Source of the DNA: Camelus ferus
Taxonomy: Eukaryota
Reading direction: 5' to 3'
Assembly: GCF_009834535.1 (NCBI RefSeq)
Contig: NC_045696.1
Coordinates: 89,964,001-90,028,000 of the forward strand
Length of the DNA stretch: 64,000 nucleotides
Below the pieces are notes generated by a model. The model was given only the letters and a program-made list of their open reading frames with translations, searched no databases and was not told the DNA's origin. The number at the start of each line of letters is the position of its first letter. Position 1 is the stretch's first letter. This document shows positions 13,573-25,285 of the stretch, one piece after another. A program made the position numbers and the translations under genes.

Positions 13573-14474
13573 ATGAGCAAGATGAAGAAGCAGAAAAACC
13601 TTTCCCAATTAAAAGAACAAGAGAAATCCCCTGAAAGAAAGATCAACGAAATAGACATCGATAGCCTACTAGATCAAGATTTCAAAAAAGGAGTGATCGA
13701 ATTGCTGAAGGAATTAAAAGAGATAGTGTTTAGAGATATAAAATATGTCAAATATGAAATTGAAGCTATAAAGAAGAGCCAAGTAGAATGGGTAAACTCA
13801 TTGACAGAGATGAGGAATGATCTAATAGCTGTGCAAAGCCGACTAGATAATGCAGAGGAACGAATTAGTGATCTAGAAGACAGGGCAATAGAAAGCACCC
13901 ATTCAGAAGAACTACAAGAGAAGCAAATAAAAAATAATGAAAATAGCATAAGGGACCTATGGGATAATATAAAGCGTCCCAATCTTCGCATAATAGGGGT
14001 CCCAGAAGGAGAAGAAAGATCAAAGGGGATTGAAAAGGTTTTTGAAGAAATCATGACTGAAAACTTCCCAAACTTAAAGAAGGAATCAGATATCCAAGTA
14101 CAGGAAGCTCAGAGGGTCCCAAACAGGAAGAACCCAAATAGACCCACACCAAGACATATCATAATCAAGATGGCCAGAGTCAAGGATAAAGAAATGATTC
14201 TAAAGGCAGCAAGAGAAAAGCAAAGAGTAAGTTACAAGGGAACCCCCATAAGGCTCTCAGCTGATTTCTCTACACAAACACTACAGGCCAGAAGGGAGTG
14301 GCAAGATATATTCAAAGCCCTGAATGAAAAAAAAATGCAGTCTAGGATCCTTTATCCAGCAAGGCTATCCTTGAGGATAGAAGGAGAAATAAAGAGTTTC
14401 ACAGCCAAAAATAGCTGCAGGAGTTTAGCAACACTAAACCCATGCTAAAAGAAATATTGAAAGGGCTATTCTAA
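13573..14474 (+). CDS. L1 ORF1p (coiled coil, RRM, CTD) with a 1-nt-deletion frameshift near 14410 (291 aa as read, about 300 aa repaired)
   Basis: Motifs NLRIIGVPEGE, RPTPRHIIIK, AREKQ, ARREW and YPARLS. The expected C-terminus LQEFSNTKPMLKEILKGLF* is in the shifted frame, with TAA at 14472-14474. Confidence 0.93.
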
Positions 14475-14879
14475 ATAGAAAAGCAGCAGGATGCTACAGA
14501 AATGAGAAACACACAACTGGAAAGGTGATAACTCATGAATTACAAATAAAGTAAACATGAAATTATAAAAGAAGACATACAAATCACTGAGAGTGGGAGA
14601 GGGAGGCAGGGAAATATAGAATATTTTTTCTTTCTTTTTTTAAAATTTTTTTAACAGTAGGATGGGTTTGAGATCATGTTACTATCAGTTTAATAAAAAC
14701 AGTTATAGTAATGGGTTGATAGATTTACAAAAAAGGGTAACCACAAGCCAAAAATTTACAAAGGAGTCACAAAAATTAAATAAAATCCATGATAATACAA
14801 AGGAAAATTACCAAACCACAAAAGGAAGAAGAAAGGAACAAAGAGGATATACCAATTCAACTGCAAAGATAAGTTCAAA

Positions 14880-17800
14880 ATGGCAATAAACACACATCTA
14901 TCATTAATTACTGTAAATGTTAATGGACTAAATGCTCCAGTCAAAAGACACAGAGTGGCAGACTGGATAATAAAGCAAGAACCTTCAATATGCTGCATAC
15001 AAGAAACCCACTTTAGGGAGAAGGACACATATAGATTGAGAGTGAAAGGATGGAAAAGGATATTCCATGCAAATGGAAAAGCCAAAAAAGCAGGTGTTGC
15101 AGTACTGATTTCAGACAAAATAGACTTTAAAACAAAGGCCATAAAGAAAGATAAAGAAGGACATTTTATAATGATTAAAGGAGTGATACATGATGAGGAT
15201 ATTACACTCGTTAATATATATGCACCCAATATAGGAGCACCTAAGTACATACAAGAATTACTAACAGAGATAAAGGGGGATATTGATGGGAATACAATCA
15301 TAGTTGGAGATTTTAACACTGCATTAACATCACTAGACAGATCTTCCAGACAGAAAATAAACAAGGCAACAGAGAAATTAAATACTACAATAGAAAAACT
15401 AGATTTGGTGGATATTTTCAGAGCATTACACCCCCAAAAAATAGGATATACATTCTTTTCAAGTGCACATGGAACATTTTCCAGGATCAGTCATTCACTT
15501 GGGCACAAAAGAAACCTCAACAATTTTAAGAAGATAGAAATTATCTCAAGCATCTTTACCGACCACAATGCCATGAAACTGGAAATCAACAACAGAGAAA
15601 CAAAGGAGAAAAAAAGGAAAGCATGGAGATTAAACAATATGTTATTGAAAAAACAATGGATCAATGAGGAAATCAAAGCTGAAATTAAAAAATACCTTGA
15701 GACAAATGATAATGAAAGCACAACCACTCAAAACCTATGGGACACAGCAAAGGCAGTGCTAAGAGGGAAGTTTATAGCAATACAGGCCTTCCTCAAAAAA
15801 GAAGAACAATCTCAAATAAACAATTTAACCCACCACCTGAATGAATTAGAAAAAGAAGAACAAAAAGCCCCAAAAAGCAGCAGAAGGAAGGAAATAATAA
15901 AGATCAGAGAGGAATTAAATACAATAGAGATTAACAAGACCATAGAAAAAATCAACCAAACCAAAAGCTGGTTTTTTGAAAAAGTAAATAAAATCGACAA
16001 ACCTCTGGCCAAACTCACAAAGAAGAAAAAAGAGAGAGCACAAATTAGCAAAATAAGAAAGGAAAATGGAGAAATTACAACAAACAAAATAGAAATACAG
16101 AATATCATACGAGAATATTATGAAAAACTATATGGAACCAAACTGGATAACCTAGAGGAGACGGACAAGTTTCTGGAAACATACTGTCCACCAAAACTGA
16201 ATCAAGAAGAATCTGAACACTTGAACAATCCGATCACTAGAAAGGAAATAGAAATAGCAATTAAAAACCTCACTACAAATAAAAGTCCAGGACCGGACAG
16301 CTTCACCAGGGAATTCTACCAAACATACAAAGAAGAACTCATACCAGTCCTTCTCAAACTCTTCCAGACAATTGAAAAGGAGGGATTACTCCCAAACTCA
16401 TTCTATGAAGCCACCATCACCCTGATACCAAAACCAGGCAAAGACACTACAAAAAAAGAGAATTATAGGCCAATATCACTGATGAACATAGACGCCAAAA
16501 TCCTCACCAAAATTTTAGCAAATAGAATCCAACAACACATAAAAAAGATTATACATCATGACCAAGTGGGGTTCATCCCAGGGACACAAGGCTGGTTCAA
16601 CATATGCAAATCAATCAGTGTAATACATCACATCAACAAGAGAAAGGACAAAAACCACATGATCATCTCAATCGATGCAGAAAAAGCATTTGATAAAATT
16701 CAACACCCATTTATGATAAAAACTCTCGCCAAAGTGGGTATAGAGGGAACATATCTCAACATAATAAAAGCTATATATGACAAACCTACAGCCAGCATAG
16801 TACTCAATGGTGAAAAACTCAAAAGCTTCCCACTAAAATCTGGGACAAGACAAGGATGCCCACTATCACCACTCCTATTCAACATAGTCCTGGAAGTCCT
16901 AGCCACAGCAGTCAGGCAAGAGAAAGAAATAAAAGGGATCCAAATTGGAAAAGAAGAGGTAAAAGTGTCATTATATGCTGATGACATGTTACTATATATA
17001 GAAAACCCTAAAAGGTCCACACAAAAGCTACTAGAGCTGATTGAAGAATTCAGCAAGGTAGCAGGTTACAAAATTAACGTTCAAAAATCAGTTGCATTTC
17101 TTTACACTAACGATAAATCAACAGAAGAAGAAAGTAAAGAAACAATCCCCTTTAAAATAGCACCCAAAGTAATAAAATATCTGGGAATAAATCTAACCAA
17201 GGAGGTGAAAGAATTATACACAGAAAATTATAAACCATTGATGAAGGAAATTAAAGAAGACTTTAAAAAATGGAAAGATATTCCATGCTCTTGGATTGGA
17301 AGAATCAATATTGTTAAAATGGTCACACTGCCCAAGGCAATCTACAGATTTAATGCAATCCCTATCCAATTACCCAGGACATATTTCACAGAACTAGAAC
17401 AAATCATAATAAAATTCATATGGAACCATCAAAGACCTAGAATTGCCAAAGCATTACTGAAGAGAAAGAAAGAGGCTGGAGGAATAACTCTCCCAGACTT
17501 CAGACAATACTATAGAGCTACAGTCATCAAGACAGCATGGTATTGGTACCAAAACAGACATATAGACCAATGGAACAGAATAGAGAGCCCAGAAATGAAC
17601 CCACAAACTTTTGGTCAACTCATCTTTGACAAAGGAGGCAAGAATATACATTGGAATAAAGACAGTCTCTTCAGCAAATGGTGTTGGGAAAACTGGACAG
17701 CAGCATGTAAAACAATGAAGCTAGAACACTCCCTTACACCATATACAAAAATCAACTCAAAATGGATTAAAGACTTAAACATAAGACAAGATACAATAAA

Positions 17801-18678
17801 CCTCCTAGAGGAAAACATAGGCAAAACATTATCTGACATACATTTCAAAAATTTTCTCCTAGAAGAAATAAAAGCAAGAATAAACAAATGGGACCTAATG
17901 AAACTTACAAGCTTCTGCACAGCAAGGGAAACCAGAAATAAAACAAGAAGAAAACCTACGGAATGGGAGAAAATTTTTGCAAGTGAAACCGACAAAGGCT
18001 TGATCTCCAGAATATATAAGCAGCTCATACTGACTCAATAAGAAAAAAATAAACAACCCAATCCAAAAATGGGCAGAAGACCTAAACAAGCAATCCTCCA
18101 AGGAAGACATACAAATGATCAAAAAGCACATGAAAAAATGCTCAATATCACTAATTATCAGAGAAATGCAAATCAAAACTACAATGAGGTATCACCTCAC
18201 ACCAGTCAGAATGGCCGTCATTCAAAAATCCACAAATGACAAATGCTGGAGAGGCTGTGGAGAAAGGGGAACCCTCCTACACTGCTGGTGGGAATGCAGT
18301 TTGGTGCAGCCACTATGGAAAACAGTGTGGAGATTCCTCAAAAGACTAGGAATAGACTTACCATATGACCCAGGAATCCTGCTCCTGGGCTTGTATCCAG
18401 AAGGAAATCTACTTCAGGATGACACCTGCACCCCAATGTTCATAGCAGCACTATTTACAATAGCCAAAACGTGGAAACAGCCTAAATGTCCATCAACAGG
18501 TGACTGGATAAAGCAGAAGTGGTATATTTATACAATGGAATACTACTCAGCCATAAAAACCGACAACATAATGCCATTTGCAGCAACATGGATGCTCCTG
18601 GAGAATGTCATTCTAAGTGAAGTAAGCCAGAAAGAGAAAGAAAAATACCATATGAGATCGCTCATATGTGGAATCTAA
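14880..18678 (+). pseudogene. L1 ORF2p (APE endonuclease, reverse transcriptase, CCHC) split by a 1-nt-insertion frameshift at about 18031 (about 1265 aa repaired)
   Basis: EN motifs NVNGLN, QETH, GDFNT and TDH; PIP-like [14 protein letters not shown] at 16974-16985. After CAGCTCATAC(T)GACTCAAT the frame continues [17 protein letters not shown]...HMKKCS...[18 protein letters not shown]. Confidence 0.95.
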
Positions 18679-19209
18679 AAAACAAAAACAAAAACAAACA
18701 AACAGACAAAAACAAAGCGTAAATAAAGGACAGAAATAGACTCACAGACAGAGAATACAGACTTGTGGTTACCAGGGGGGTGGAGGGTGGGAAGGGATAG
18801 ACTGGGATTTCAAAATTGTAGAATAGACTACACTGTATAGCACAGGGAAATATACACAAAATGTTATGATAACTCACAGAGAAAAAAATGTGACAATGAG
18901 TGTATATATGTCCATGAATAACTGAAAAATTGTGCTGAACACTGGAATTTGACACAAAATTGTAAAATGATTATAAATCAATAAAAAATGTTAAAAAAAA
19001 TAGATAAATAACAAGGACCTACTACATAGCACAGGGAACTATATTCAATTCCTTGTAATAACATATAACGGAAAAGAATCTGAAAAATAAATATATGTAT
19101 ATAACTGAATTGCTTTGCTGTACAACTGAAACTAACATTGTAAATCAACCACACTTCAATAATTTTTTAAAAGGCAAAAAAAGGGTAATAAAAATGTGCT
19201 CATTTGAAA

Positions 19210-19261
19210 CATATATATATACATATATATGTGTGTACATATATATATATATATATATATA
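19210..19261. repeat. (TA)n microsatellite
   Basis: Directly visible, interrupted. Confidence 0.9.
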
Positions 19262-19875
19262 GTGTCAAATTCATCAGTATTGCAGCAATTGTTTAAAACG
19301 TATCAGTGGGGAAAAAATACCAATGGAAGATTTACGGGGAAGAGCGCTTTGTCACCGACATTATTTCTAATTGTTGGCCCATGATGATAATAAAAAGCAG
19401 ATTGACTTTCAGTTGTTTTTATTATTTTTAAAAATTTCCTACAGACTATCCATCCCTTCTTGTCTGCACTGGGCAGACAGCGCTCCCTGGCCCACTCTTG
19501 GTCAGACACAGCTTCCCCAAGGCCATGGCAGCCTGCCAGCCCACTCAACCACCCCTCCCTCTGAGCTCTGGACTCACTCTTCCTTAGCTTGTCAGTTTGT
19601 TTTGTCGCGTGTCTGTCTTTACAGGTAAGATGACTCATGATGTAATAACATAACATTTTAAAAAAATGTTTAAGCCTTGTGCTGACAACTAATATATAAA
19701 CTCCCCAAGGGAGAAGTAGATTAATCCTCTCCTTCTCAGAGTGAGAATTCACTTGTGTCATCTATTTTATGGTCACTGTCAAGAATCACCCTCAAACCCA
19801 GCTTTTACAGTACAAATCCAGGTTAGTATTGAGCATTTTCATCTAAGCCCATCCCTGGCTAAAGCAAAAACAGCT

Positions 19876-20825
19876 TATTAGTTTCCTAGGGTTGCCATAA
19901 TGAATTACCATAAATTTGATGGCTTAAAACAACAGAAATTTATTCTTTCACAGTTCTGGAGACCAGAAGGCCAAAAGCAAGGTGTCAGCGGAGTCACACT
20001 CTCTCTCAAGGCTCTAGGGAAGAATCCTTCTTTGCCTCTTCCAACTTCTGATGGCTCTAGACATTCCTTGGCTTGTAACTCTGTAACCACGACCTATGGG
20101 GCCTTCCCGGGGCAGACCCCTGCCCCACATCCTCTGGTTTAACCCCTCTCTGAAGCTGAAGTACCCAGATAATAGTTTCTGATGCACATTTCCTGAGTTT
20201 ACCGATGCTAAAACCCCCACCACATGGAAGAAATTAACTACTGGGTAACCACGAGCAGTAGCACCCAGACCCACTGGTGCCTAAGAAATGGACAATATTA
20301 ATCCCTGTGACACTGCCCTGTTACCTGACCATCGGCCAATCAGAGAACTGTGCACAAGCTGATCAAATGCCCCAGGACTCTCCTCCCTCACCTGGCCTTT
20401 AAAATGCTTTGCAAAAACCCATCGAGGAGTTGGGGCTTTCTGAGCACTAACTGCTATTGCCTTATAGTAAACACTGCACTTTCCTTCACCACAACCGGGA
20501 TGTCAGTGGGTTGGTTTTATTGCGCAGACAAGCAAATCCAGGTCTGGTTTGATAATGACTCCAACCAATCTTCCCATCTTCACATGGCCTTCTCTCTCTG
20601 TTCCTCCTCGTGTCTGTCTTATAAGGACTTCTGTCGTTGGATTTAGGGCCCTCCCTAATCCAGAATGGTCTCATCTCAAGAGACCCAGATCCTTAATTAC
20701 ATCTGTAATGATTCTTTTTCCAAAAAAGAACCAAAGACCTTATTTTTCCAAATAAAGTCACATTCACAGGTTTCCAGGGTTAGGACACAGACGTATCTTT
20801 TGGGGGCCATTACATCACCCACCAT
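19876..20825 (-). mobile_element. MLT1 (MaLR) LTR interrupted by a younger LTR
   Basis: GGCTTAAAACAACAGAAATTTATTC...CACAGTTCTGGAG on the left; resumes after 20561 (CATCTTCACATGGCC...AGTCACATTCACAGG). Confidence 0.85.
20082..20557 (+). mobile_element. ERV1-type solo LTR nested in MLT1
   Basis: Starts TGTAACC, with perfect 4-bp TSD ACTC (20078-20081 and 20558-20561). CCAAT box, TTTAAAA TATA-like element and AGTAAA signal occur in order. Confidence 0.82.
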
Positions 20826-22677
20826 GGACAGTGACAGTGTTGATTAATCCAAGAACCTTCCACAAATAAGAAGTCAGAGAAAAGAGAATTCCTCCTGGCA
20901 AAGTGAGGATTGTTAGCAATTGAACAGATTCCAGTCCACTGGCCAAGAATTCTGCCCTTGGGGACAAGTGTCTTGGAAGGAGGCTGAAAAATATCAGAAA
21001 CCCAAGAGACAGAGAAAAAGAGGCTTAGGTTTCTGCCTGGCCTCCCCACAGAGCAGAGCAGTGGGAGCCAAGAGTACTGCAGAGAATACTGTAGGTGGAG
21101 GACAGAGAATGGACAGGACAGTATGTGGTCCCGAAGGCTCATGAGCTGGGGCAGCTGAGTGCCGACCTGGTCCATCTCACGATGGAAGGAAGTGGGTAGA
21201 GCAGCTTGGAAGCCACAATGCATCAGTGGCACTAGCTGGGCAGGGTGAGGCGGGCACAGCACAGTTGTTCTGGTCATGGCTTGTCCTGGAGGAATAGTCT
21301 GATAGTCTTTCGTCTGTGAGGAGTTCCCCAGAAGCACTAACAAAGGCCCCTTTCACACTGAAAGGTCTCTGGACCTGATGGTGCATGAAAACTCAATGAA
21401 CTCATTTTTCCTCCCTTCTCAGTTGCTCCACTCCCACACTAGCAAATGCACATTCATTATCTTGTCACAACTGTGCTAAAGGGTAAGTTTTAAAATAATG
21501 GTGCTCTGCACCACAGCCCTAATTGCCTCCGAACAACTGTGTTTGCTTTCTTAGCACGGGTACAAATGAAGTCAGAAGACCTGGCTGCATTTGTTTTTCA
21601 GCTTGTTCAGATGGGGATGCATCCTGGAGAAATCAGGGCAATTTCCAAGTGCCCGAAAGGTTCAGAATGAAGTTAGTTATTACCCCTCCCAACATCGCCC
21701 AGATGGAGCTCGGTTTCTAATAACCACCACAAATTTTCCCAAAAAGATAGATCTTTTCGAAAACAACTTCTAAGCCTTGTTTGCTATACTCCCCAAATGG
21801 TAAACTTCCCTTCTTATCATCTTGTGATGAATGATCAGAAATCTTATTTACAACTTCTGTGAGTGAGACTAGGACTCCTTTCAGCCTGCTTACCCCCAAT
21901 GACACCAGAGTGGCAGTAGCTCTGAAAGTCATCAATGCCACTGTCAAGTGATTTTCAAGTCATCTCTCTACTTATTTTTTTTCCAAAATAATATACTGGA
22001 CATTTATTTTTCTCTTTGATCATCTCAATGGTATCTTGAATTTCCCCATAGCTCTTCATTTTGAAATGCCATCCCTTTTAACTCCCATATTTTATTAATA
22101 AGAAGAAAATTTTGATGGAAAATAAAACAATGATACCTGAATCTACAGTTTTTCATGACTACACACAATTGAATGTGGTAACCCTTGGGTTTTAAAGTAA
22201 GGTTCTGAAACCTGCAGAAAAATCACAGAATATTATGAAATTAAATCTTTAGGTCTATTACACGAAAACAAAAAGGAGTTATAAAATAGGGCATGTAAAT
22301 AGACTGTATGTATAAATGTCCTTCTAGTATTGCATGTGGAACAAAGGCTGCTGGGCTGAGGGGCTTTGTAGGGCAATCCTAGAGTTTAGTAGAAGTCTTA
22401 TTATGATGGTGACCACTGATTAACGTCTTGGGATCTTAGAAGAGAGCAAGATAGAGAAATCAACTTACTAGAGTTCAAGAATTAAAAGTGGAGTCAGCAA
22501 ATACAGATGTCAAGAAATTTGCAAGTGATAAAGCCACATGGGACCACTGACAAGGTGCATAACCTTTGTGAATTTAAATTACTTAAAGTAGCTAAAACTA
22601 GAAAACTTACTCGGTAAATGTTAGTTTTCCTCTTCCATGTAACTTTACAAGATTAATGGAAGCTCAAATACAAGATT

Positions 22678-23090
22678 CCATTGGGGTTCTTTGGTTGCTA
22701 GCAGCAGAAACTGACAGGCTAATTTTGGGGGAAAGGAAGACTTTATCAAAAAGATACAGAGTAGCTCATAGAATTAAGAGAAAAGCTTGAAGAATTAGGT
22801 TTTGGGAAAGGGCATGGACCAAGGCAGAGTTAGGGGATGCAGGTAGCAGAATCCAATGGTCTACATGTTCCATCATTCACAGGGATGAATGCACGCTATT
22901 CACTTTCAATCTTGTATTACTCAGCTAAGATTCCTGTTTCAGGGAGGGAGCACCTAACTGACTGGCCAGGGTCACACAATAACCCGTTGGCAAGAACAGA
23001 GTAGGCATCCTCACTGCCAGTCCCAGCAAGACCCAAATACGGAAATATTGTTTTACAAAACTGGGCTGTTGTTACCTAAAGAAAGGGAAA
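22678..23090 (-). mobile_element. Old MLT1 (J/K/L-like) LTR
   Basis: GGGTTCTTTGGTTGCTAGCAGCAGAAAC terminus. Confidence 0.55.
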
Positions 23091-23744
23091 CAACTACTAG
23101 GTACACAGAAACGAGGGACCTATCATGGTATGCAGTAGTGCTTGGTAAACCACACAGCACTACGTAAACGCCCACTGCAGTCATTGTGATGCTATCAGTG
23201 GAAAGATTTAGAAAAAAAGAAATGTCTTAGTTTAAAACTGGAAGGTTACCAAAACACAGAAAATGGTGGCTAGAAGGGGAGGTGGTGGGTGTGAGCATGA
23301 GAAACTGGAACTGAAAACGGGAATGACTGAGGATCAAGAATCCGGACGAGTGGGTCAGGGGTGGAATTTCCAGCGTGGAGGGACAGGCCGAGGCTAACAC
23401 TCCCACCTCCAGTTGGGAAGGAGGGAACAGAGAAGATAAAGGAAACAAGGAAAACTTGAAACAGAGAGAAGCTGAGGCATTGCCCACCCATTTATTTTCT
23501 TAATGCTTCTAACAAAAGAAAGGTGGTGCCTAGGGTTTGGGGTGGGGGCAGGGCTATAGAGAACACTGGGGGGGAGAAAAAAAGAAAACCTGAAACATTT
23601 TACAATTTGGAAGTAGAAACATTAAAGTTGCCAGAATTCATATACTGCAAAGAAGCACTGTCATCCTAATTCTTGGATGCCACTCAGAGTATTCACATGA
23701 GGGAAACCCATCCACGCCTCTGTCTGCCTTCTCTATATGAGATT

Positions 23745-24375
23745 GTATAGTAAAGAATTTAACTTTACTGAAAAAAGAGGTTTGGCCGTTGTCTACAGTT
23801 CCTGTGAGATAATCTTTGCTCAGCTGTGGTCCTTGAGCTAGCCAAATTATTAACAATATGAATAAGAGCAGGGGCGGGCCACTCTGAAAAGACCATCGAT
23901 GTGATTTAGGGTGGGAGGATTTGAGCCACACAGTATTAGTTGACCTGGAAACTGAGATCAACCCCATGGGAAATTAGTCAATCATGCCAATGTAATGGAG
24001 CCTGAATGAAAACTCTCAGCACCGCGACCTGGATGCGCTTTCCTGGTTGGCAGTACTCTGTGCGTACTGTCATGCACTGGTGCCAGGAAAGTAACATGGC
24101 ATGACTCCACCAGGGACAAACAGTGGAAGCTGTGCCTTTGGCACTTCCCTGTCTCTGCCCTATGTACTCCTTCCCTTGGCTGATTTTAATCGTATGTTTT
24201 CCTTGTGATAAACCATAACCCATGAATATAACAGCTTTCAGTGAGTTCTGTGAGTCCTTCTAGCAAAATTGGGAGTGGTTTGGGGAGCCCCCTGAACTTG
24301 TAGTTGGTGTCAGAAGTGAGGGCAGACTTGAAGACTATTTCCTCTAAGTTTACAGTTGGCCAAACTCCTCCACAT
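23745..24375 (+). mobile_element. ERVL LTR of the MER21/MER68/MER77 group
   Basis: CAATCATGCCAATGTAATGGAGCC, TTCCTGGTTGGCAGTACTC, GAGTTCTGTGAGTCCTTCTAGC and GTTGGTGTCAGAAGTGAGGG hallmarks. Confidence 0.75.
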
Positions 24376-24785
24376 TGTGCAGAAGTGTTTGCTACCTGCC
24401 AACCTGGAAACAAACGTGTGAGGCCAGGGTAGTCAGCCCAGAGTGGAAGCTAAGGAAGACATGCCACTTGGCAATTCTCAGTCTGAGATCCACAGAAGGA
24501 CCTGCCTGGCCTGGCACCCTTCAGAGCATCAGTTTACCACCCAATGACACCAGAGGTGACAGGTGCAATCAGTAATGTCGCAAACGCAGAGGCACAGCAT
24601 TTATTCAGGCCCATTCAGAAACCTCCCTGTTCCATGAGATTCTCCAACCTCCAGCACACACCCATACTGGTCGCCCCTCTCTGGAGTCTGCCCAACAGGA
24701 ATCCCTTCCTCTCCACACACACACACACAGATCCTGTCCCCTCAAATCCCTGAGGACCCAGCCTGTTATGCACACAGAGGCTCAT

Positions 24786-25285
24786 GTATCATGACAGCAG
24801 ACTGAAGATGGCCACATATTTTCTGACATTCTTCCCACTGAAACATGGGTTGTTCCGTCCCCTTGAATCTGGGCAGGCTCTATGAGCCCTTTAGCCAGTA
24901 TGGCAGAAATGACACTGAGCCATTTTCTGGATGGGACACACGGCTTCCACTTCCTGTCTCTTGGAGCTCTAGCTCGGTGGGAAGCCAGCCACCCCATAAG
25001 AAGCTCAAGCTAGCCACCAGGAAAGATGGCCGGCCAGCCTCAACTGTTCCAGCCATCTGAGCAAGGTGCCAGCCCTGAGAGTGAAGAAGCCTTCTTGAAC
25101 TTCCAGCCACAGCAAATGTGATCTAGAGACACAAGGAAGAGCCAGAACTGAGAGGGCCCCAGGGATCCACGCTCGCCAGCTACCGTCCTTTGAGCCACCC
25201 CCGCTGAGGCCGCAGTCATGGAGGGGCAGAGAGGAGCCAATCCAGCTATGTCCTCTGCAGACTTCAGACGCAGAGCTGTGAGTCA
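24786..25285 (+). mobile_element. MLT1 (F/G/H-like) LTR
   Basis: AAGATGGCCAC...CCCCTTGAATCTGGGCAGGCTC...GGCAGAAATGACACTG. Confidence 0.7.

Larger units (their letters stand above)
11903..18996 (+). mobile_element. Full-length young LINE-1 (about 7.1 kb; 5'UTR, ORF1, spacer, ORF2, 3'UTR), probably inactive
   Basis: L1 ORF1 and ORF2 are present, with a CpG-rich 5'UTR and AATAAA at 18980-18985. Perfect TSD AAAATAGATAAATA at 11889-11902 and 18997-19010, at an AT/AAAA endonuclease-type site. Confidence 0.97.
11838..19170 (+). mobile_element. Older L1 3'-UTR fragment split by the young L1 (11838-11902 and 18997-19170)
   Basis: Removing the insert and one TSD joins GGGAGGGATAAATCAGTAGTTTGGGATT...AAAATAGATAAATA to ACAAGGACCTACTACATAGCACAGGGAACTATATTC..., a continuous L1 3'-UTR. 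Confidence 0.85.

Noticed and set aside
18115..18678. 187-aa ORF as a separate gene
   Set aside because: It is the frameshifted C-terminus of L1 ORF2.
13674..18955. Minus-strand ORFs over L1 ORF1/ORF2 (e.g. 14756-15364, 16700-17056, 17615-18028)
   Set aside because: Antisense shadows of A-rich L1 coding sequence, with Phe/Leu/Ile/Ser-biased composition.
21717..21947. 76-aa minus-strand ORF with protein-like composition
   Set aside because: No convincing splice sites and no recognisable family.
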